Assembly (NCBI RefSeq): GCF_001194135.2
Contig: NC_068994.1
Coordinates: 16,783,551 to 16,847,550 of the forward strand
Source: Octopus bimaculoides
Taxonomy: Eukaryota
Direction of reading: 5' to 3'
Length of the DNA: 64,000 nucleotides
Below, piece by piece: positions 39,731 through 52,465 of this stretch (positions are counted from its first letter, which is position 1; every line of letters starts with the position of its first letter). Below the pieces are notes generated by a model. It did no database searches and was not told the DNA's origin. It saw only the letters and a list, made by a program, of their open reading frames with translations. A program made the position numbers and the translations under genes.

Positions 39731-40804
39731 CATGAAGCCTGTTTTGTTTAATTATGAGAATTCTCAATTCTGCTTTATTGAACACTTTAAAAGAATTCTT
39801 GACAGTGTGTTTATATTTTAAGTAAAATATCCAATTAATTAAATAGATGTTACATTTTTTTTTCTTTTCTTTTGATTGTTGAAGATCTTTGCAGATAATT
39901 TTCACAAAAGAAATTAGCCCTAGGTGTCATGGAGTGTTTATTGTCTGAATTAAAATGAAAAATAATGCATCAGAATATTACACATGGATTAATTTCATCA
40001 TGATATTTAATTGCTATCAAAACTTAATTGGATTTTAAAAAATCAAAAAAAAATCAACTTTTGTTTCACTAGTTTGAAAAGTTCTGCTACTGAATTAAGT
40101 ACTGGCCTTGTGGTGATTTTATACATCAATGTACATGCATGCATGCAAGCAAAAAATCTTCATAGGACTGATGTGTAGTTGTTTTTGCTCTAATAATACT
40201 CAACCAATGAAATAAACTTGCCCCTGGACAGGAAGGTAGTCTGTTGTACGTTTTCCTTGGGGGTTTTACTGCGTACTCTCTCTACTTTACAATCAAAGCA
40301 TCTAGGATTGCTTGTAGTGGAATGTATATGCCTTAATATCTCTCTGTAGTGTCAGCATCTTCTCTCTACTACCAAACAGGTAAAACTTTTTTACATATTT
40401 CATGAGCAATAGCATAATTGGTTATAAGTTTTTGATTTGGTCAATCCCCGTTTTCATTGCACTTGGGCAGAACTCTCTTGCCAATGTCTACATCTTTCAG
40501 CAAAAGATACACGTGTATGTATAAATACATATATGATGGACTTCTACACAGTTTCCATTTACCAAATTGCTTCTGTAAGGCATTGCATAGCCCATGCTAA
40601 GGTAGAAGCCACTTGTAGGTAGTGCTGTAAAGTGAGATTGATCTAAGAACCATGTTGTTACAAAATGAATTTCTTAGTCACACACCAATACTCATTTGTA
40701 TCAAGCAAATATCTAGTTATACAATTATCAGATTATTAAGTAAAAGGAAAGCTTCTAGTTTTGCAAATGAGACGATAGACTAAGAAATATAATTACTTCA
40801 TATA

Positions 40805-41121
40805 TGAGCGTGGCCGTTGCCAGTACCGCCTGACTGGCTCCTGTAGGATTTTCGAGCGAGATCGTTGCCAGTGCCCCTGGACTGGCTTGTGCGGGTGGCA
40901 CATAAAAGACACCATTTCGAGCGTGGCCGTTTTCGTGCGGGTGACACGTAAAAGCACCCACTACACTCTCTGAGTGGTTGGCGTTAGGAAGGACATCCAG
41001 CTGTAGAAACTCTGCCAAATCAGACTGGAGCCTGGTGTTGCCATCCGGTTTCACCAGTCCTCAGTCAAATCGTCCAACCCATGCTAGCATGGAAAGCGGA
41101 CGTTAAACGATGATGATGATG
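40805..41121 (+). mobile_element. Retroposon family B
   Basis: CpG-retaining copy with repeated GCCAGT..ACTGGC modules. Confidence 0.88.
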
Positions 41122-41679
41122 CATGTGTATGTATGTCCGTCTGTCCTGCTTTAGTTTGTTGTACCATCTCCCCTCCCTATATATAACCATTGTAATGCTC
41201 ACTGATGTATTACTAGATACTATTTACACATTTACTTAAACTCTGATATCCATTCTGACTCGTATTCCTTCACCCCTACTGCCATGCAGATTTTATCTTT
41301 CACTTGCACTAACCCTCCCCTCTCACATGTCCTCTTTCACATGCCTGTCCACTCTCTCTAGCAGGCATGCACACACTGCTCTGGTGTATCTACCTCTACT
41401 TGCCTCTCTTGTAATCTCCCTTCTTGAGTGTGCATGCATTCAGTTCTTCATTTTCTCATGCACTCCACCTTTCTCTGTATGTATATGCTCTATCATTATC
41501 CTGTGTACAGCCACTCATTCATTTTTTTTCTTGCGTTCTTGCTTATCCTCAACTATGTACAACTTGATATAATGAGAAATAATGATCTTAAAACTTCAAA
41601 TTTTCATTGGTTTACTTGCTATTTGAGCAAATCTCTTTTAGTCAAAACTATTTCATTATTTCTTAACTCAGTTACTGGT

Positions 41680-42720
41680 GGGCTTGCAGAATGATTAGTG
41701 AGTTCAACAAAATGCGTAGCAGCATTTCTTCTGAAACTTTACATTCTGAGTTCAAATTCTGCCAAGGTCTCCTTTGCCTTTCATCCATTCAGGGTTAGTA
41801 AAATAAGGACCAGTTGAGCACTGGGGTCAATGTAATCAACTAACCCCTTCTCCATAAAATTGCTGGCCTTGTGCTAAAATTTTAAATAATTTCTTAATTC
41901 AGTATTGTTCTCTTGGGACAGTTGATTTCACATTGTTGATATTCTTGCTATTTTCTCCTCCACATATTTTCCTGTGCTAGTCATTCATTTAAATACCCTT
42001 AGACTTAAATTCTTCAGCAATTCCAATCAGTTAGGTTTAGTCAACGCAGACTAAACCATCTGTCTTTTGTATTGCCTGATAAGTCATAGTCACTCGCTAA
42101 TTACTCAAGATTTCAATTATTATTATTGTTATTAAAGGTGGGGAGCTGGCAGAATCGTTAGCATGCCGGGCAAAATACTTAGCGGTATTTTGTTTGTCTT
42201 CATGTTCTGAGTTCAAATTCCACCAAGGTCGACTTTGCCTTTTAGGGTCAATGAAATAAGTACCAGTTATGCACTGGGGTCGATGTAATCAACTTACCCC
42301 TCTCCCCAAATTTTAGGCCTTGGGCCTTTAGCAGAAAGGATTATTATTAAGGTGGTGAGCTGGCAGAATCATTAGCATGCTGGGCAAAATGCATAGTAGC
42401 ATTTTGTCTGTCCTGCTGTCCTGAGTTCAAAATTTGCCAAAGTCAATTTTTGCCTTTCATCCTTTTGGGGTCAAAAAATGAAGTACCAGTTGAGCACTGG
42501 TGTTGATGTCATCGACTTAACTTTGCCCCTGAAATTGTTGGCCTTGTCTCAAAATTTGAAATCAGTATTATTAAGGCAATGAGCTTGCAGAATTATTAGC
42601 ACATTGGACAAAATACTTAGCAGCGTTTCCTCAATTTTTATGTTCTGAGTTCAAATTCCACTGAGGTTCACCTTGCCTTTCATCCTTTTGGGATTAATAA
42701 AAGTAAGTTCCAGTTGAGCA
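41680..42720 (+). mobile_element. Cluster of four same-orientation tRNA-derived SINE family C copies
   Basis: Unit GGCAGAATCGTTAGCATGCCGGGCAAAAT...GAGTTCAAATTC...TTGCCTTTCATCC...AAGTACCAGTTGAGCACTGGGGTC at about 41680, 42135, 42350 and 42570; ATT-rich junctions. Other copies at 3300-3500 (-), 35950-36140 (-) and 60500-60720 (+). Confidence 0.85.
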
Positions 42721-43882
42721 CTTATATAATTCTAAAATACTTCCGTTGTTCTTTTAGTTGAACCCCAACCAAGCAGGATTATTTTCCCTTTTCTAAGATG
42801 ATAGGGTGTTATTTTTAGGAAAATTTAGTTGATATTTTACACAAGGACAATGACCACATAGATGCTACTTTATTCTCAAACAAATTGCTTTTGCTTTTAC
42901 TGGAAGCAGTTTTATGGAGCCCCTAGATTGGTTTTTGAAAGCAGACACTACCATCTTCTATTGGTATTGGAATTGCTTAACCTTCTAGCATTTAGACTGG
43001 TCATATCCGACTCAAATATTCTTGTTTTATATGCAAACCAGTAATTCTGGCTTCTCACATTAAACACAATAAACAATCACGTCATCAAAATCTCAGAGCT
43101 ACAAGATAATGCATGATTAATTTAAAACAATGAATGAATAAGTATTACACTCAACAAAAATATGAATGCTAAAGGGTTAAGGGGACGTGAGCCCAAACAT
43201 TCTTAAGTGGACATTTGTGCTAATGTTGCCACTTTGAAATTTCGTGTGTCGTTATTATTTTTGGTAGTGTCATGTGCTTCCCAACCTGGAACTTGTGCAA
43301 TACATTAGTGGCACACTAAAGATAAAGTATTGAGCAGGCATGGACAATATTTTTTGAGAAGTAGGCTACATGAGACCTGGCTCATCATCAGATGGGCTAC
43401 ATTGCTAAAAAATTTCAAGGTAATTTTTCGTTAGGCATGCCATTCAGGATGTCTCATGGACCTGTTTTCCCATGACTGGTCTAGAGAGTAAGCCAAAGCA
43501 ATAGTGAATTGAAAAAAATTGAGCCTCTCTGATTTTGATAAAATATTGCGGTTTGGTAGTTTCATTTTAGTAGATGTAGCATACAGGTGTTGTGTATAGG
43601 ATTGTACTGCCTCCTGCTTCAGATGTTTGATACTTACTCCAAGGCCGCAACATATTTTAGTCTTTACATATTCTTGAGTGAGCTGTTGGAGTTGTTTTTT
43701 TATAGGAACAACTCTTATTTCAAAAAATGTGAAGAGATTAGAACGTTGCTGTGACAGGATGTACAGGAGTAGGGATGTGGTGGGACTGGTAACATCACTA
43801 ATGTTGGTGTGATAGGTAAGGTTTTGAGAACGTAATTGTTGATGGTATTTTCAGTTAGAATATCCTTTTATTTATTTTTCAG

Positions 43883-44180
43883 GAAAAAAGAAATAGATAA
43901 AATACTCATGGATTTGATAAGTGAAGATGAAGAGGAACAAGAAGCAGATAAACAAGAAGATGATGATGATGACAGTCAACAGGAAGATGATGATGACGAT
44001 GATGATGATGGTGGAGGAGATGAAGATGAGGAGGATGAAGAAGATGGTGAGTCGTCTTCAGATGACGCTGACAACGACAGTCGGCTGTCTCCAAAAGGCA
44101 AGTCTACGAGCAATGGTCTCAGTGACCAGTCCGACGATGAAGAAGATAAACCTTCAGATAATTCAGAACCAGAATCTAGG
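43883..44180 (+). CDS. spp27: UAF30/Tri1/spp27-like (DEK_C + SWIB) protein, first identified coding exon: end of DEK_C helix plus Asp/Glu-rich tract
   Basis: Acceptor ttttttcAG at 43881-82; phase-2 start; reads (R)KKEIDKILMDLISEDEEEQ...DDDD...SDNSEPESR; donor AGG|gtatct at 44181 is phase 0 and matches the next exon. KKEIDKILMDLI resembles the last DEK_C helix. Confidence 0.85.
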
Positions 44181-44308
44181 GTATCTCTTCTTTTCCTTTC
44201 TTCTATGTTTATGTATCAGTGCATGAATTCATCTGTCTATGTATGTGTTATTGTTTTTAAATTATCCTTGATCAGATATTCCAGCCCATGACCATCCTGT
44301 CTTTTTAG

Positions 44309-44518
44309 ATGAGGGGGTGCTGAAAAGTTCCTGGCTTTCAGTAAAAGAAAATACGGGAGGACCAGTTAATTATGATTTTATTCAACATATTCCCTTCTCA
44401 GATTCACACATTGTGGATCTTCAGTTTTTCTAAGCCCTGTAAAAGAACTCAGAAGGTTGGGCTTCCAACCAGGCCTTTGGCAATACCCTTAAAGCCAGGG
44501 ACTTTTTGGACCCTCTCA
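44309..44518 (-). mobile_element. Mariner-derived MITE of about 210 bp, inserted in an older SINE-like repeat
   Basis: TIRs GAGGGGGTGCTGAAAAGTTCCTGGCTTT / AAAGCCAGGGACTTTTTGGACCCTCTC; reverse complement of 12395-12607. Confidence 0.75.
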
Positions 44519-45279
44519 AATATCTCTGACTACATTATCCAGTATACCTCTTCTGTATTTAAAATAGTAGAGCATGATTTCAGTAAAATTTGGTGCTACT
44601 TCCAGCAGGTTGAGTGGCTGTGTAGAGGCTCCTTTGTTGGCCTCTATATGTGTGATCTAATAATTGGTTTCCAGTTCAAGCTACTAATCTGTTTTAATTT
44701 CTGTACAACTTTCCTCTTCATTTTTGCTTCTCTGTGTGCTCCTTAAGTTTTCTCCACTAAAATCACCTCCCATTATAGCTAGGTGTAATTTGTTCCCAGT
44801 GAAATGCAGCAAAGTTGTTGGCCAGTCTATATTTAACCAATAAGACTTTCCCAAGATGTAAGTTGTTTAAGAGAGAGAGAGCAGCATCTCTGGAAAAGGA
44901 TACTTTGAATTAAATGTGTACTGAGTGATGCATATTACATATCCTTGAATTGGTGCAGCCATGAGGTTTGCACTCTTTTCCTTTTTAAAGTAAAAGTAAA
45001 TTCTTTGTGCAAGTAGTTTAATATACACAGCACAAGCTTGTAAATGCTGAATCCAAAACTGTTTGCTGCACTATCTTTACTCTGTCCTAAGCTGAATCTG
45101 TTGAAGTTGTTCTGAGAAACTATCATTTTATTCTTTTACTGGTTTCTCTCATTGGATGGTGGCTTTACTGGGGCATTGCTTTCTAGGGTATAGTCAAGAA
45201 AATTGACTCCAATATTTATTTTGTCCACTGAAAGGTAGACTTGAGCAGTATTTGAATTTGGAATATAGAGGGATGGACA

Positions 45280-45801
45280 GAATTCTGGTTTAACACACCC
45301 TACATAACCCCTCGTAACCTTTTTGGAATTTTCAGAAAATTATTGCAAATTTGTGTTCTACACATGGGAATTCATATGATTATGAGAAAAAAAGATTTTT
45401 GGGGGTGTGTGTGATTTAAGGGCGAATTAGCTGTTATTTTTAACACAGCTCATCACTGCCTGATAATTTCCTCATTTCATTGTCATTCTGACATATATTG
45501 ATATTTTTCAATATTTTCTCCTGATAAACATTTCTCATTGAATGATGATGCACCCAAGGGTGGTCCATCGCTGGGTTTTAATCAAAAAATTTGCACTGTC
45601 CATATTTTAAACTCTTAATTTAAAAAATAAATTCAAAAAGAGTACAACTTTTAGGATCTATTGAGGGGTTTAAAAATTAACCCCCCCCCCATAATCGTAT
45701 GAATTCCTGTGTGTAAAACACAGATTTTTAAAAATTTTCTGAGAATCCCAAACAAATAAAAAAGTTATAAGAGGTTACATGGGGTGCTTAAACCAGAATT
45801 C
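45280..45801. repeat. Long imperfect inverted repeat (about 105-bp arms), MITE/foldback-like
   Basis: 45280-45384 (GAATTCTGGTTTAA...GAATTCATATGATTATG) pairs with 45690-45801. Confidence 0.7.
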
Positions 45802-46654
45802 CACTGAGGGATGTAACCAAATACCCCCAGGTATTTCAATTCTGCCATCTACCAGGTATATATTTAAATATATATTCTAGTTCATATACACACCATTAAG
45901 ATCACATATAGGAGGAGGCATGATAGTTTCCCCACTAGGTTAGCAATTGAGGATACACTTTTCATCCAGGAATGTCATAAGTCATAAAATAATGACATTT
46001 GTCTACACAAGAGGTAGACAGCAGAATTAAAACCATTGAGAAAAATCACACATCATGGAACATGTTGGCCAGTTGGAGTAGTTTGTGAAAGCCCCGATGA
46101 TAAATAGGGCTTGGTGAAATAATAGTCATTGTTAGGAAGCTGGACAATTTGTTTCAGCGGACTTGTGGGTGAGAAGTCAGGAACTATATAGCAGTGAGCA
46201 GTAACTATTACATACAGTCGGGGAGAAGTGGGTGAGAGAAACCACCAACACATCCATCACCTATTAAGAGGGGTGGGTGGAAGTCATTTGTTTATTTGCT
46301 TTATGTCCGTTTTTCCATACAACATCCAATGCCCTTCCTGTCGCCAACACTTACCTATTATTCCATGTCTTCCAATGTGTGAAATGGAAGACAGTTTGTT
46401 GACAGAAGAAGCAACAATGCCACAAGCACCACTCACAGCTCACAGTTTTTGTTGAACACAAATGTAAAAGTTGTGCTTCTCTCGCTCTCTGTTTTCCTCT
46501 ACCAAATTGACTCACAAAGCTTTAGTTGCCTTAGGACTATAGTAGAAGACACCTAACATGCTGCACAGTGGTACTGAACCCCAAACCACATGATTGGGAA
46601 GCAAACTTATTCTGGTTAATGATAAATTAAAAATACCATTAACATACTAGCACT

Positions 46655-46984
46655 TCCTGGCACTTGTGCCGGATGGCATGTGTAAAAACATTCGAGCGAG
46701 ATAGTTGCCAGTGCCACCGAACTGGCTCCTGTGCAGGTGGCATGTAAAATGCATCATTTTGAGCATTGCCGTTGCCAGTACTGCCTGACTGGCCTTCGTG
46801 CCGGTGGCACATAAAAGTACCCACTACACTCTCTGAGTGGTTGGCGTTAGGAAGGGCATCCCGCTGTAGAAACTCTGCCAAATCAGATTGGAGCCTGGTG
46901 TAGCCATCTGGTTTCACCAGTCGTCAGTCAAATCGTCCAACCCATGCTAGCATGGAAAGCGGACGTTAAACGATGATGATGATA
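46655..46984 (+). mobile_element. Retroposon family B
   Basis: Intronic copy with (GAT)n tail. Confidence 0.88.
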
Positions 46985-47623
46985 CTAGCTGCTCTATAAA
47001 TTTAAACTTAGTGCCTAGTTGAGAGAAATCAGCTGTGTGACAGACTGAATTTAGACGTTACTTTTGTTTCTGTTATCTGTTGGAACTGTTTTGCCTGTTT
47101 CTCTCAATTTCCTTAGGTAAGCATGTTACAGCTCCTATTTCCCATGGCTCATAAATATGACATGACATTTTGGTCAGGTCTTAACCCTTTAACATTCAGA
47201 TTACTGTCAAATGTGATGCTTATTTATTCACTTCATTTTGAATTAATCATGCATTATCTTGCAGCTTCAAGATTTCAATGGTGTGTTTGTATATTTTTAG
47301 AATGATATTGTAGAATAGGTGTGAGAGTCAGGATCTGGTCAGTTTTATCATAAAACATGTAGAATATTTGGGCTGGATATGGCCAAATTAAACCCTAAAG
47401 GGTTAATGAGTAAAATATATACCAGGTTCTAATTCTCATTTGGAACTAATTAATTAAATAATATCCTTGTTAATTTAAATAATTTATTTTCCCTGTTATT
47501 TAAATCTTCATAAAAGGTTGAATACCTTAACATTCCTTTTATTTATCTACTACATCTAGACTTTACATTTAAGGAATTCATGATGTTTTGTTCTTTTTTT
47601 AATTCTTTTTAAAAAAATTCTAG

Positions 47624-47671
47624 TCAATGAGTCCTCCACGAAAAAAGTCGCGAGTTAAACAATCATCAAAG
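47624..47671 (+). CDS. spp27: spp27-like coding exon (48 nt, phase 0-0): SMSPPRKKSRVKQSSK
   Basis: Polypyrimidine tract plus ttctAG acceptor, donor AAG|gttagt, open in frame, NLS-like PPRKKSR. Confidence 0.75.
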
Positions 47672-48143
47672 GTTAGTAGAAGCATTTTTCTTTACTATTT
47701 TTTTTATTATAACATGGCTGTGAGACTAAAGTACTGCTCTACTAATCAAACAGCTGTGACCACATGAGATTCAGACTTAAGTACAGCTATTATTGTGCCC
47801 CTTCTTGAGTCTGTTTCATTGACATTGGATTCTACTTTGCAGTTATGTGATTGTATACTGTTGTTGACAAAAAAATTTGTGTAGAAACAAGTTTCAAACA
47901 AATAACTTATGGAACACTATTGTAAAGTTGTAAAAAAACATATGCTAGTCTCTTGAAGCTCAAAAATACTCAATAGTTCTTTGCTGTTGGTTACTATTTA
48001 TAATTATTCTAAATAACTAGTCAAAGAATTTAAAAAGATTTAAGTATGTAATGTAGAAAAATATTAAGATCTTGCTGTTGATGAAATGTTTTGTGCTCCT
48101 TGAAAATTTATGACGAAAGCATGTTTACCAAATTGATCTACAT

Positions 48144-49305
48144 CAGGGGTTCTCAACCAGGGTCCATATGAACCCTAGGGTCCATATAAGATTTTTGGAG
48201 GTCTATGCAAGCAAAACAGTAAATTGGGTACCCCCAGTTGTATATTAACCCTTTCGTTACTATATTTCTGACCAAAATACACCCCTCATGAGTTTCAATT
48301 AAATTCTAAAATAATCATGAATTTAGACTAGTCTCATTAAACACCTGTAACTTTTTTATTTATCAACATATTAATGTGATATTTGGAACATAATTAAAGA
48401 AAGGGTTCTTAATCAATTCTTGTCTCTGGGGTACTGCTAGTGTCTCTCACATGTAAATATTGGTTCAGCTTCACGAATCGTACTCGTTCATAATACTGGA
48501 AATATAGTCATCGCCAAAAGGTTCCTGATCGCTCCAGTAATTTGTTATTCTGGGTAACTGTCTAATACCCATAATAATATTTATGGCAAAAAATGCTCGT
48601 ATTTCATCTACAGTTGCAGGAAACCACAAGCTGCTTTCATAATCGCTGCTTTCAGAATCGCTGCTTTCAAGTTTCGGATACAGAAATATCCGATTCATTA
48701 TCGTTCACCACGTGCTTTTGTAGCTCATTCATTCTTTTCTTCGATATCTCCATATCTTCTATTGAAAAACCTTCAAATTCGGAATCACTGCTTGATAGCA
48801 TGAAACTCCTCTCCATCTTCAAAGTTGAAAAAAATTAACGCCGCAAAAAAACGTGGGAAAAAATCTTCTAAAATTCACTGAGTTCAAATATCACGCCAAA
48901 CAATGTCGGAGACAATAACTCAACTGTTTGCAAAGTGAAATCAGGTGTTTTAACGAATGTACTAACGAGATTTGGGCTCAAATATACATTTAAATAACAA
49001 TGGGTACGCTTGGCCGGCTACGGCCAGGTTAGTCTTATGAACCAAAATATTTTTCAGCCGGGTTAGTAACGAAAGGGTTAAGGGTCTATGGAAACATTTT
49101 GCTTTTGATGTATTTATTGCAAGAAACAGCTAGGTTTCTTTCTCTAATGTTTTACATAGTTCACCCTGCATGAGTAAACATGTGGAAAGCAAAATAGGGA
49201 TTTTGAAAGAAATATCTAGAAACATTGAATGGCTTTGGAGGTCCACCATAATAAAATAAGAATCAAAGGGGTCCTCAGGTAAAAAAAATGGTTGAGAACC
49301 ACTTG
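48144..49305 (+). mobile_element. hAT-type MITE interrupted by the piggyBac insertion
   Basis: CAGGGGTTCTCAAC...GTTGAGAACCAC termini; body matches the uninterrupted copy at 56617-56963. Confidence 0.85.
48249..49077 (-). mobile_element. Internally deleted piggyBac transposon (829 bp)
   Basis: TTAA TSDs at 48245-48 and 49078-81; TIR CCCTTTCGTTAC/GTAACGAAAGGG; minus-strand FPATVDEIRAFFAINIIMGIRQLPRITNYWS (PGBD/DDE_Tnp_1_7-like) and acidic N-terminus SDSEFEGFS. Confidence 0.92.
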
Positions 49306-49829
49306 AGTTTAGCCCTTTAACATTCAGATTATTTTGTCAAATGCAATGCTTATTTATTCACATTTTTTTTTTAATTAACCATGCATTATCTTGTAACTTT
49401 GAGATTTTGATGGTGTGATTGCTTGTTTCAAGAATAACATTGCCAAGGAGGTGTGAAGGTGTGAGACGCTGGATCTAGCCAGTTTGAACATAAAATAGAT
49501 AGAATAATTGAGCTGGATATGGCTGGTTTAAATGCTAAAAGGTTAAATGCATGACCATTTGGGTCAGTATTTCAATACCTTAGCTAGCTTGTCTTGATCT
49601 CTATGTGCACAGACATTAGGGAAGAGAGTAAGAACATATAAAATATAAGTAGGATTTAAGACCCAAATCCTATTTGAGTAGAATTAAATGTTCAAGGGTT
49701 TTCTTTATTAGTTACTGACCACTCATACATTTTTGATCTTTTAGCTAGTTGTTAGTAGTTTTAAGTTTTACTTGGTTCTCATAAAATACATATCAATGTC
49801 ATATTTACGTAGATTTTCATTATACTATC

Positions 49830-50575
49830 CAGCTGAGCTACTAAATCATTTTGCCTCCACAACCATAAGTGTCTCACTTTTTCCCATGCACTATACCTAC
49901 CTCTTCCCCACCACTTTTGCAACTACTCAACCCCATGTCATCTCTCCCCCACCTGTCATCATTAGGATTCTGCTGCTCTTCACCCCCTCTTTTTCTGCAC
50001 TGTCAATAATTTTCTAATCCTACCTCCTCTCTTGCATCATTAATCATCCCCACTCCTTATCTATTCACCAACCTTACCCAATCTCTTCAGTTGTCACCTA
50101 CTCTTCCCTACCTTACCCGTTTCTCATCTCTCATTCTCCCTTACAATCTATCCACCTGCATTCCTGGTTCTTCTGTACCCACTTACTGCCACCCAGATAC
50201 ATCATTGCCACTATTTTTATCTCTTTCCAGCTCCTCCCTAATAACTCCCAGCCTCTCTTCAAAAATACGAGTAGCTATTGTAACTCCTCTACAGCAAGAA
50301 ATCTTTTCTGCTCTGGTCCCATCTCATACCTTAATTCCTCAACTAGCAAAGCTATCTCTCTTGGAGTTCATAGCCTTACAAGCTGCCTGGTGATGTCACT
50401 ATAGTGCTGGTACCACATAAAAGTACCCAGTACATGCTGTAGAGTGGTTGGCACTAGGAAGGGCAGCCAGCTATAGAAAGCAGACATTGGAGTACAATGT
50501 AGTCTTTAGATCAAGTGGATTCTGAATAACAGTCCAACCTGTGCCAGTATGGAACATGGACATTGATTATGATGA
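49830..50575 (+). mobile_element. Older family-B 3' end preceded by about 550 bp of CT-rich body
   Basis: Family-B core at 50390-50575; strongly pyrimidine-skewed upstream segment, similar in character to 41130-41530 and (reverse) 9030-9340. Confidence 0.55.
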
Positions 50576-50663
50576 AATAGAATTCATCTGCAGTGAACTT
50601 TAAAAAAGTACTAGTTTGTATTACACACTGTAGTCATTGAGATCTATCTTCCTCTGAATTGCA

Positions 50664-50709
<46 letters not shown>

Positions 50710-50914
50710 TTATTATCTGGTTATCTAGAATAAAAAGAAATAATTCAAGTATTTGCTTTGTTTCTATAGAATAATTTTCCTCTGAATGAGCTGGCTTCTA
50801 TCGTTGTTTTTCCAATATTTGCACAAGAGAAATGTTTTGCTCTCTTTATTGATTGTCTAATTCTCTTTTTCTCCTTTATTGTTTCTAAGATTAAATATTT
50901 TGTTTGGTTTACAG

Positions 50915-50977
50915 AGTAAGAAACCAGTGAAAAAGACAAAAAAAGATAATCATGGTGCTAAAAAAAAGGAATCTGAA
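50915..50977 (+). CDS. spp27: spp27-like coding exon (63 nt, phase 0-0): SKKPVKKTKKDNHGAKKKESE
   Basis: tttacAG acceptor, GAA|gtaagt donor, Lys-rich open frame. Confidence 0.8.
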
Positions 50978-51279
50978 GTAAGTTGAATGAAATTCTTGTA
51001 ACATTATTCTTCTAAATAATTGTTAGTCCCTTTGTGGTGCTTTGGAGACTTGTTTCCTGTTTACTCCAACAGCCTCGAGATTAATTTTACATTAAACTTT
51101 CTGAATATCTGTCAACTCTTATTTCAGTGTCTGAATGGAATGAGTTTTGAGTGCAGTTTCTTTCTTTAGATTACTCAAAATTTGATATTAATTTTATACC
51201 ACTTTTATCTCTCTGAGTCTGAGAAATTCCTGTTAATAATATTGGCTAGTTTCATGGAATATCTTATATCATTTATCTT

Positions 51280-51575
51280 TTACTTGTTTTAAGTAATTTG
51301 ACTGTGGCCATGCTGGGGCATTGCCTTGAAGAGTTTTAGTCAAACAAATCGAACCCAGGACTTTTTGTTTTAAAGGCTAGTTCTCATTCTATTTTGCCAA
51401 ACCACTAAATGCTGTGAGGGCACGCACAAATGCATAGACACACACGCACTAGATATATACACATCTGTAGATGATGGGCTTCTTTCAGTTTCTGTCTACC
51501 AAATCTACTCACAAGGGCTTTGGTCAGCCCAAGCTGCCACATAGTGGTACTGAACCCAGGAGCATGTGGTTTCGG
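51280..51575 (-). mobile_element. SINE family A
   Basis: Reverse-oriented copy in an spp27-like intron. Confidence 0.8.
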
Positions 51576-52465
51576 AAAATATTTAGCAATATAAATTGTA
51601 GTCTGATCTAGTTATGCTTGGATCTAGATATTGGAAGAATTATAAAAACAAAAGTTTGCTTTTGAGTTAGTTCTATTTCCACTGTTTAATGAGTAAAGAT
51701 ACAAATTCAATTTTATTTAAAGCTGTAAGGATTTAGATTGGTCGTCATTTAATAGTGTTTTGCTTAACCCTTTGGCATTCAGATTAGTCTGTCAGATATA
51801 ATACATATTTATTCAGTGATTTGAATTCATCATGCATTGCATTAAAGCTTTGAGATTTCAATGGTGTGATTGTTTATGTATTTAATCACATTGTTGGATA
51901 TGTATGAGAGGTCAGACCTGGCCAGTTTAAACATTAAATAGGTAGAAAATTTTGGGCCTAAGGGTTAATCCTGTTTCCAACCATTCTCCTGTAATCTTTG
52001 AATTTGATATCTGTTCACTTTTTAAATTTAAAGAATTTACTTTTAGAGTTAAATAAAAGCTTACTGTACTTTGGCGATGTTTTGAGATCTAAGCATTTAT
52101 ATTTTTATTTTGTTTCTGTCTTTTTTCTTGTGTGTGTGTGTAAAAACATGATTTTTATTTTAGAAATAAATGTAGATTTCCTTTTTTACATAGTTAGTAT
52201 TTTAGAAATAATTAAGAATGAAGAATGATTATACACTCTCTCACTCTCAACTTATCATTTTGTGTCTGTTTTCTACATTGGCATGGCTTTGAATAAATAT
52301 AAAATTCAAATGTTTGCAATTATTATTAGTAAGATTATTACAGCTGAAAGGTCTTTTTTTAATATCAGTCACCACAGCCATCAAGTAGAAGTGCTAACTA
52401 GATCAGATGAGTTTATAGTGAAATGCAAATAGCAGAGTTTGAGCTTATATTTTTTGCTGTTGTAT

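Noticed and set aside
43741-43815. Upstream exon ending at the strong donor GATAG|gtaagg (67-bp intron, phase 2)
   Set aside because: There is an in-frame TAA at 43799-43801 and no DEK_C similarity.
43906-44226. Overlapping His-rich (minus) and Met/Lys-rich (+) ORFs
   Set aside because: They are off-frame shadows of the (GAT)n-rich acidic exon.
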